Made by a program: the position numbers and the translations under genes | Shown: in pieces, positions 30,167-36,443 of the stretch | How positions within the stretch are numbered: position 1 is the stretch's first letter | How the letters are laid out: every line of letters begins with the position of its first letter | Notes under the pieces: generated by a model | Told to the model about the DNA's origin: nothing | The model's input: only the letters and a program-made list of their open reading frames with translations | Database searches by the model: none | Source: Limisphaerales bacterium | GTDB lineage: Bacteria > Verrucomicrobiota > Verrucomicrobiia > Limisphaerales > SIBE01 | NCBI GenBank assembly: GCA_044225505.1 | Contig: JBGAIN010000079.1 | Coordinates: 1-36,443 of the forward strand | DNA length: 36,443 nt | Reading direction: 5' to 3'

Positions 30167-30736
30167 GTGCAAGAGCTCCGGCAGGTCGAAAACATTGCAT
30201 TGGTAGGATTCATGGGGACTGGCAAAAGCTCAGTCGGACATGCGATCGCGAGTATCCTCCACTTTCACTTTGTCGACACAGACGAACTTATCGAACGTCA
30301 GCTTCGCAAACGAATCTCCGAGATCTTCCAGGAAGAGGGCGAAGAACAATTTCGCAAACACGAGCGGTCCGTCGTCGCGGGCTTGGAATCGATCCAGAAA
30401 CATGTCATTGCGACCGGGGGAGGTGTGGCTGTCGATCCCCGCAATCTTGTGAGTTTAAAGCGGCACGCCCTGATCGTCTGCCTCTGGGCATCAGCCGAAA
30501 CCGTCTGGGAAAGAGTCCGTCATCAGAGCCATCGCCCCTTGCTCAACGGCGCCGAGCCACTGCTTAAAATTCAACGGTTGCTCGCCCAGCGCGAACCGTT
30601 CTATCGTCAGGCGGATGTTCTCGTGAATACCGAATTACGTTCCGTCCGGGAGGTTGCTCTCCAAGTTGTCCACCAATTTCGGCTCGTCCAAGACCGCGCT
30701 GCCCATGAGATCGATCGTCCAAGCCCTGGCCCGTGA
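30167..30736 (+). CDS. aroK: Shikimate kinase
   Basis: GFMGTGKS P-loop, DTD, GEEQFRKHE, ATGGG, RPLL, R.PFY. Confidence 0.96.
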   Translation: MQELRQVENIALVGFMGTGKSSVGHAIASILHFHFVDTDELIERQLRKRISEIFQEEGEEQFRKHERSVVAGLESIQKHVIATGGGVAVDPRNLVSLKRHALIVCLWASAETVWERVRHQSHRPLLNGAEPLLKIQRLLAQREPFYRQADVLVNTELRSVREVALQVVHQFRLVQDRAAHEIDRPSPGP

Positions 30737-31805
30737 GCTCGGGTTTGACGCCTGCCGCGTCACCACTGCCTCCACCCCGGAAAGCGCGGCCCACTTCGAG
30801 CGCTGGCTCGAAGAGGGGTGTCATGGAGAAATGGCTTATCTGCAACGGAATGCAGACAAACGAATCCACCCTCAGAGCGTACTGGCAGGCGCCAAGTCGA
30901 TCATCACCCTCGCGGCGAGCTACGGATCCCCGGAACCCATCTCACGGCGCCATCCGGGCACTTCCATCGCCGCAGATTTCCCAGGAATTCAGGAAACACC
31001 ACGGGCGCCACATGGCGTCATCGCTCGCTACGCCCGGTATTCGGACTACCACGACGTCTTGAACGAGCGGCTTCGAAGCCTTACAGAAAAACTCAAGGAG
31101 CTAGGTGGGCCTGAAACCAAATCGTTGAGTTACGTTGATACCGGCCCATTGCTGGAACGAGACATCGCCCAGCGCGCCGGAATAGGCTTTGTTGGCAAAC
31201 ACACCAACCTCATCGGCCGACAACTGGGCAATTGGTTCTTCCTCGCAGAAATTATTACAACCGTTCCACTTGCACCCGATTTGCCTGAGAAGAATCGCTG
31301 TGGTTCCTGCGTACGCTGTCTGACCGCATGTCCCACCCAAGCGATTACTCGCCCATTCCACCTCGACGCTCGACGCTGCATCTCCTACCTAACGATCGAG
31401 CTCAAAGGGCCGATCCCGGTGCAGTTCCGACGGGCCATCGGCAATCGAATCTTTGGATGTGACGACTGTCTGGAAGCTTGCCCTTGGAACCGGTTCGCGC
31501 GTGCAGCCAAATTGATGCAACCCCATGCACGCCCTGACTTGCAGCAACCTGAGTTGTTCGAACTGCTCCGCCTGGATGACGCCGCATTCAAGAGCCGCTT
31601 CCGTGGGACACCCGTGGAACGGAGCAAACGCCGCGGTTTGCTCCGTAATGTCTGTGTGGCTTTAGGGAACGTTGGGAACTCGTCCGCATTGCCCGCACTC
31701 GAAGCGGCGGCGCAAGATTGCGAACCTCTGATTGCGGAACACGCCGTGTGGGCTTTGAGCGAGATCCGGAGTCGACTAAGCCCTATCAACCATGTAAATC
31801 TGTAA
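30705..31805 (+). CDS. queG: tRNA epoxyqueuosine(34) reductase
   Basis: ARYA..DYH, VDTGP.LER, CGSCVRCLTACP, CISYLTIE, GCDDCLEACPWN, C-terminal HEAT-like repeat. Overlaps the aroK 3' end by 32 nt. Confidence 0.96.
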   Translation: MRSIVQALARELGFDACRVTTASTPESAAHFERWLEEGCHGEMAYLQRNADKRIHPQSVLAGAKSIITLAASYGSPEPISRRHPGTSIAADFPGIQETPRAPHGVIARYARYSDYHDVLNERLRSLTEKLKELGGPETKSLSYVDTGPLLERDIAQRAGIGFVGKHTNLIGRQLGNWFFLAEIITTVPLAPDLPEKNRCGSCVRCLTACPTQAITRPFHLDARRCISYLTIELKGPIPVQFRRAIGNRIFGCDDCLEACPWNRFARAAKLMQPHARPDLQQPELFELLRLDDAAFKSRFRGTPVERSKRRGLLRNVCVALGNVGNSSALPALEAAAQDCEPLIAEHAVWALSEIRSRLSPINHVNL

Positions 31806-31855
31806 CCCAGACCTCGATCAGCTCGATCCGAGGAAGTTTCCGACAGCACGAAGCC

Positions 31856-32530
31856 CTATTCCGGAACTTTCAACAACTCGTCCGACGTCCACTGGCTGCT
31901 GCGCGACGCCGTTTCCGCACGAACGGCTTTGACCTGCTCCGGTGTGATTGCCGGAGCTTTATTGCCCCACGCCTGACGGACGTAACTTAGCACAGCGGCC
32001 AGGTTCTCGTCATCGCTGAGCGGCGGTCCGCCGCCAAACGCCGGCATCTGGACACCCGTCCAAACCTGCCCTTTGACCTGGATATTCCCGGTCAGCCCAT
32101 GCAATGGAATACGAATCAACCGATTTGGAGAGCCTAGAACCCACTCGGACCCGACCAACGGTGGAAATTGACCAGGCGCCCCAAGCCCGCTTTGCTGGTG
32201 GCAAGCTGCACAGATCAAAGCGTAAACCGATTCGCCTTTGGCGACCAACATTTCCGAGCCCGATTTTGGCTGAAGATCCGAAAGTTCCTTGAACGATCGG
32301 TATGGACCGTAAACCCGATTGTTGAATCCACCGCCGTACCGGTCGAGATGGAGCATCCCCCAGTAAACGAGCGCAATCATCAGAACGAACAGCCAAGCGG
32401 GCATTGCTGCCGAATCCACTTGCGGCTCGATTTCGTCGATCGATGCCAAAGACTTTGCCTGCACCACCGAGGTCGGAGCGGGTGCAGCGCCATTGCCACC
32501 GGGACGTTTGTTGTCAGGTTTCTGCTTCAT
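31856..32530 (-). CDS. Membrane-anchored monoheme cytochrome c
   Basis: One TM helix, CAACH, FPPL, distal Met in MPAF, AAVLSYVR..WGN. ATGA overlap with the ccoO-like stop. Confidence 0.92.
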   Translation of the reverse strand: MKQKPDNKRPGGNGAAPAPTSVVQAKSLASIDEIEPQVDSAAMPAWLFVLMIALVYWGMLHLDRYGGGFNNRVYGPYRSFKELSDLQPKSGSEMLVAKGESVYALICAACHQQSGLGAPGQFPPLVGSEWVLGSPNRLIRIPLHGLTGNIQVKGQVWTGVQMPAFGGGPPLSDDENLAAVLSYVRQAWGNKAPAITPEQVKAVRAETASRSSQWTSDELLKVPE

Positions 32531-33473
32531 GGCGGCCCCCCAGGACTGGCAGCTGGGCCGTTCGTAACCGTTGATACCGTATTTGTGTCAGCCGCCGGGC
32601 CATTGGTCGTCGAGGAAGATGATACCAACGGCGGAGCTGGCGCCTCAAACAGGGGCATTTCAGCACGCAAACTCAAAAGGTAGGCCACGAGTGCCCGGGC
32701 CTCCCGGGTGGGGATCACTTCGCGGTCCCCCGAGATCGGCAGCGCCTCTGAACTCGGACGGGAACCGCGCGGTTTGATCGTAAAAAGGTACGGATATCGA
32801 GGCATGATCGACCCGGCGACCTGCGACTTGGGATCATAAAGATGGAGTAAATGCCAGTTCGCGTCTGGCTTCCGGAGCCCTACGTTGGTCAGGTCAGGTC
32901 CGAGCCGAGCCGAGCCGAGCATTAACGGAGTGGCATATAGGTAATCGCACGCGGGGTGGCATATAGGTAATCGGCACCGACGGACAAGCGGGTTCCCCAT
33001 CCACGCTGAATGTCAGGACCGGTCGGAATGACTCGAATGGCCGCCTCTGCACCCGCCGTGCTTAGGCTCTTCTGGGCTGCGTCAGCAGCCGCTTTCCGGG
33101 TGACTCGCAACACCGTCGCCGGCCGGCTGCTCAAGAGCCGCTCCGCCTCACCGGCGGATAGACCACTCCGGAGTTGCACGATCGCTTCGATCACCGCGGG
33201 CTGATTCGTGCCGGGGTCCGTCACCACGACTGCCAGTTCTGCGCCCTCCTGGCGAATGATCTGGGTGTGGCAATAGGCACATCCGTTCGCACGATAAACT
33301 TCGCGACCGAGCGCTGCGACACCGGGAGTCGCCGTCGGATACAAGACGTTCGTTGGAGGAACATTAGTGGCCTGTTGCCCACCCAACTGCAATTGAGGCG
33401 TAACCACCATGCCTAACCAAGATAAGGCCATGGCCCCAAGCAAACCCAAAAAGATAAAGGGTCCAAACCTCAT
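32527..33473 (-). CDS. ccoO: cbb3-type oxidase subunit II-like cytochrome c (CcoO-like) with L7/L12-like insert; frame broken by a 26-bp duplication
   Basis: GREVY..NGCAYCHTQ in the upstream frame; GS.R.GPDL, WH..HL..P and SIMP.Y in the downstream frame. Removing 26 bp at ~32930-32955 restores a 306-aa ORF. Confidence 0.85.
32930..32973. repeat. Direct repeat GTGGCATATAGGTAATCG x2 (period 26 bp) inside ccoO
   Basis: Copies at 32930-32947 and 32956-32973. Confidence 0.95.
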
Positions 33474-34951
33474 GCCGAACGCCTCCCCGCGCGAACGGGA
33501 GTCGCGCGACTTCCGGCGTTTGACCAAAGCGCACAAACGGGACAACAGGCCATGAGAATTCGCAGAAGCTGAACAAAAAAGATAACGTACGCCACGAGCA
33601 AGAGCAGTACCCCGAGAGAGTTAATCCCAAGGAATGGCACGGTTCGGCGGACGACCTGGACAAAGTCGATTCCAGGATCGTTGATACCCGTGCCCTGGAG
33701 CAAGCCTCCCACGAGCAAAGCGATCCCACTCGCCGCAGTCCCCACGGTGGCCATCCAAAAGTGCAACCGGGTCGCTGTAAGACGAGGAAGCTCTGGGCAT
33801 CCCGCCACTTTCGGAGCCACATAGTAAACTGCTCCGGCCAGCGCCATGGCCAAAAACCCATGCAACCGAAGTTGCGTGACGCCTTCATTGTAAATCGTAA
33901 AAGAGGTCAACTGGCTTACTGCTGGGTGGGACGCAGCCGCTGCCAACAGAGCGACCGCAACATAAACAACGGCAGCCATCAGCGTGAACCGGAGCGTCGG
34001 GTCTGCTTTTTGCAGCGACCCAGCCTGCGCCGTCTGGAACCAACTCAAGCCAAAGGCGAAGATCGGCAAAAGCAAGATTACCCGCGCCACCACCCCAACA
34101 CTACCCATCCAATTCGGAACGGGCTCCCCGACGCGCACTCCTCCCCAACCGCCAAGCAGCACGAAGAACCAAAACCCGAACAGAATCAAACCGCGACTGT
34201 ATAATGGTCGTCCCGTTAGTTTTGGCAGGAAATAGAAGATCGAGGCCAACCCGAACGAGGACGCCGCGACTTCAAAGAGATTGTGAGCATACCATCCATT
34301 AACGACCGCTTGCATGACCCCTCGAACCGGTGCCATGACCAAAAGAATCTGTGCGGTCGCATAGATCCACGGAAACCAGAGCAACGCGGCGAGCAGAAAC
34401 CACTGCGAAACGAATAAGTCCCGGTTGTTCCGCCCGTGAAGATTGATCAGAGCCCAAGCCGCCACCAGGAGATAGGCAAGAAACATTACGGGAGATGCCG
34501 TCCTGGGGATTTCCATCCATTCGTAGCCCGTGCTGTCCCCTGCCAAAATCGAAATCAATCCGATCGCCAACCCTAAATTCCAAAGGACTGTTCCAGCCCC
34601 AATGATCCAACCGCCTTGCAGTCGATTACGGCCTAGTCTTGAGGAGATCCAAAGCGCGAGGCCTAATCCCGTCTGAATAACAAAACCGTAGATAAACGCA
34701 TTGCTGCTGAACGGGCGTACCCGGCCGTAAGTCAGCCAGGAAGCTCCTGCGATAAAGCCTGACGCATGATTTTTGATTGCGGTCAGAAGTCCAAACAAAC
34801 CGCTCCAGGCTAGCCAGCAAGCGCCAGCCGCAAAGAGCAATAACACTGGCCAACGGCAGGAACGATCAATCTCCCCCACCGTCAAAGTCGTGACGCCCCC
34901 TGCCGAGGGGGAAACGACTGTCGAGGCCAGAGGTGATGAGGGAGAACTCAT
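33470..34951 (-). CDS. CcoN-like (heme-copper oxidase subunit I fold) protein lacking most metal ligands
   Basis: ~12 TM; YGRVRP, EWME, FVSQW, WYAHN, YFLPK..GRPLYS, YY..P, HFW match CcoN. The helix II His, helix VII HH and helix X HxH are absent. Confidence 0.88.
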   Translation of the reverse strand: MSSPSSPLASTVVSPSAGGVTTLTVGEIDRSCRWPVLLLFAAGACWLAWSGLFGLLTAIKNHASGFIAGASWLTYGRVRPFSSNAFIYGFVIQTGLGLALWISSRLGRNRLQGGWIIGAGTVLWNLGLAIGLISILAGDSTGYEWMEIPRTASPVMFLAYLLVAAWALINLHGRNNRDLFVSQWFLLAALLWFPWIYATAQILLVMAPVRGVMQAVVNGWYAHNLFEVAASSFGLASIFYFLPKLTGRPLYSRGLILFGFWFFVLLGGWGGVRVGEPVPNWMGSVGVVARVILLLPIFAFGLSWFQTAQAGSLQKADPTLRFTLMAAVVYVAVALLAAAASHPAVSQLTSFTIYNEGVTQLRLHGFLAMALAGAVYYVAPKVAGCPELPRLTATRLHFWMATVGTAASGIALLVGGLLQGTGINDPGIDFVQVVRRTVPFLGINSLGVLLLLVAYVIFFVQLLRILMACCPVCALWSNAGSRATPVRAGRRSA

Positions 34952-34980
34952 GAAACAAAGACGCACTATCCGGTAACAAC

Positions 34981-35361
34981 CTATTCAAATGCCGACGGTT
35001 TTTCCGGCTCTTTCGGTGGCGGCGGCGGATTGGCCTTTTCGACGCGCGCCAGCAGATTAGAACGCCCCACTGACGGGTTCTTCCATTCGCGGACGACGAG
35101 ATCCATCGCCCGTGCAATCGGCAATCGGACCAATCCTTTTGTCTGATCTTGCCAGCCGTAGTTATTGAGCGCCTCCGTGCCGGCCGCGTTAATGTCCCGC
35201 AGGTTTTTGATGCGCTCATCTATCCGGGCCTGGTTGACCGTGGCCGGTTGGGTGCGGACGTACAACAGCCAGGCCAAGGCGCCCACAATTAACAGCGCGC
35301 CTAACACGGCCACAAAGTAAACCGCGACAGAAATGATCCTTGATTCAGGTCGAGAGTTCAT
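34981..35361 (-). CDS. Single-TM protein downstream of actF (ActG-like)
   Basis: ATG 35361, N-terminal TM, LNNYGWQD...G.VRLPIARAM motif of the kind seen in small genes following actF, Pro-rich tail. The ActG label rests on position and motif memory. Confidence 0.65.
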   Translation of the reverse strand: MNSRPESRIISVAVYFVAVLGALLIVGALAWLLYVRTQPATVNQARIDERIKNLRDINAAGTEALNNYGWQDQTKGLVRLPIARAMDLVVREWKNPSVGRSNLLARVEKANPPPPPKEPEKPSAFE

Positions 35362-35404
35362 GTTCGTCACAACTCGATTTGCCAGGCCACGCGACCGCGC
35401 CAAA

Positions 35405-36443
35405 TCACTTGCCACCTCCACGTGCCGGCAATGGCTGCGCGGAAGCGCTGACAGGCGGGACATATACTTTCATCGTCTCTGCAAACCGAGGATCTTTCTG
35501 CGGGAATGCCGGATGCGCGGCAAAATAGCGCAAGAAGACCGTGGTCAAAACCCCGCCAATAAAAGCGAGACAAGAAATATCCAGCCAATGCAAAACCCAA
35601 CCGTCTGGATGGAGGACAGGCATGATGTTGAACGATAAATCGGTGAAATGCATCAACCATGCCCAGACAAAAATAAAGCCCATGACCGACAATTTGAGTT
35701 TAAAATCAATCCGCAGCAACAAGAGGAACGGCAAGAAGAAGTGACCAAATATGATCACCAATCCGACATACCACCAACTCCCCTTTTCTCGCACCACATA
35801 CCAGAAGGTTTCCTCTGGCAGATTCGCGTTCCAAATAATGAAATACTGGGAAAAGTGGATATAGGCGTAAAACACCGTAAACGCCAATTGCAGCGATCCC
35901 AGAAAGTAAAACGTCTCCTCGTGCACCACTTCGCGCAACGGGCCAGTCCGCTGCAAAACGAGGGTAATCATGTAAACCGTGGCAATCGTTGTCCAGACGC
36001 TTCCAGCAAAGTAATAAACGCCATACATGGTCGAGAACCATTGGTGCTGCAGCGCTTTCATCCACATGATCGCCGCCAGGGTCAATGTGATCGCGAAGAA
36101 GAACATTCCCACCGCAGACCATTTGCGGAGCTTAAAGGTGCACAGCGCGGCTCCTGTCTCGTCCTGTCGCAGTGACCACGAGCGAAGCTGATAAGAGAAG
36201 AGGGTCCAGACGCCAAAACAAAATGCGGCTACGACATAGAACATCGTCTTCGTAAACAAGGGCTGCTTCGCGTGCAACGCATGGTCCAGGTGCGGATTCA
36301 GATCCATCCAAGGATAAATCGGAATCGCGGGTGCAAGCAGGGCAATGGGAATAAACAGAACGGCCATCACGGGTAGAAGAAACGCCATATGCTCTTCCAA
36401 CCGCCGGATCGCCACTGACCAACTGGCGTCAAACAAATGATGG
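35405..36443 (-). CDS. actF: Alternative complex III subunit ActF (partial, start beyond window)
   Basis: Multi-TM NrfD-like protein with W...IRR..E, WFSTMYG, FSQYFIIWNANLPEET, P..DPR. Confidence 0.9.
   Translation of the reverse strand, partial: HHLFDASWSVAIRRLEEHMAFLLPVMAVLFIPIALLAPAIPIYPWMDLNPHLDHALHAKQPLFTKTMFYVVAAFCFGVWTLFSYQLRSWSLRQDETGAALCTFKLRKWSAVGMFFFAITLTLAAIMWMKALQHQWFSTMYGVYYFAGSVWTTIATVYMITLVLQRTGPLREVVHEETFYFLGSLQLAFTVFYAYIHFSQYFIIWNANLPEETFWYVVREKGSWWYVGLVIIFGHFFLPFLLLLRIDFKLKLSVMGFIFVWAWLMHFTDLSFNIMPVLHPDGWVLHWLDISCLAFIGGVLTTVFLRYFAAHPAFPQKDPRFAETMKVYVPPVSASAQPLPARGGGK

Noticed and set aside
33033..33239. Genuine rplL (ribosomal L7/L12) gene
   Set aside because: It has no N-terminal dimerisation domain or start of its own, is in frame within ccoO, lacks the factor-binding lysines, and is not in an rplJ-rpoB context.
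33470..34951. Functional cbb3 oxidase subunit I or nitric oxide reductase NorB
   Set aside because: Both require six conserved His ligands; only one is present at a canonical position.

Overview
GC-rich bacterial window, probably Verrucomicrobiota (Pedosphaerales/Limisphaerales-like). That assignment is inferred from the PVC-type protein architectures. In order: partial response regulator; small entericidin-type lipoprotein; pilC followed by a degenerate NtrC/PilR-like regulator; a complete 1,392-bp ISKra4/ISLre2-type (Mutator-like) IS with 23-bp TIRs and a 9-bp target duplication; asnS; AI-2E transporter; lactonase; atypical PanB-like enzyme; PQQ-propeller protein; LRR protein; class V aminotransferase; an 11-bp tandem repeat; an SGNH/propeller/HEAT/cupredoxin gene with a frameshift-riddled 3' end; MFS transporter; histone H1-like protein; secreted protein with four F-type lectin domains; TPR/FG-GAP/ASPIC protein; ptsI; aroK; queG. 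The window ends in the 3' part of an alternative complex III operon (actF, actG-like, ccoN-like, ccoO-like, cytochrome c). The most striking observation is this respiratory tail: the CcoN homolog has lost 5 of 6 canonical heme/CuB histidines, and the CcoO homolog carries a ribosomal L7/L12 C-terminal-like domain inserted in its cytochrome c domain. Several indel clusters may be assembly errors. All family assignments come from motif recognition by eye; no searches were run.
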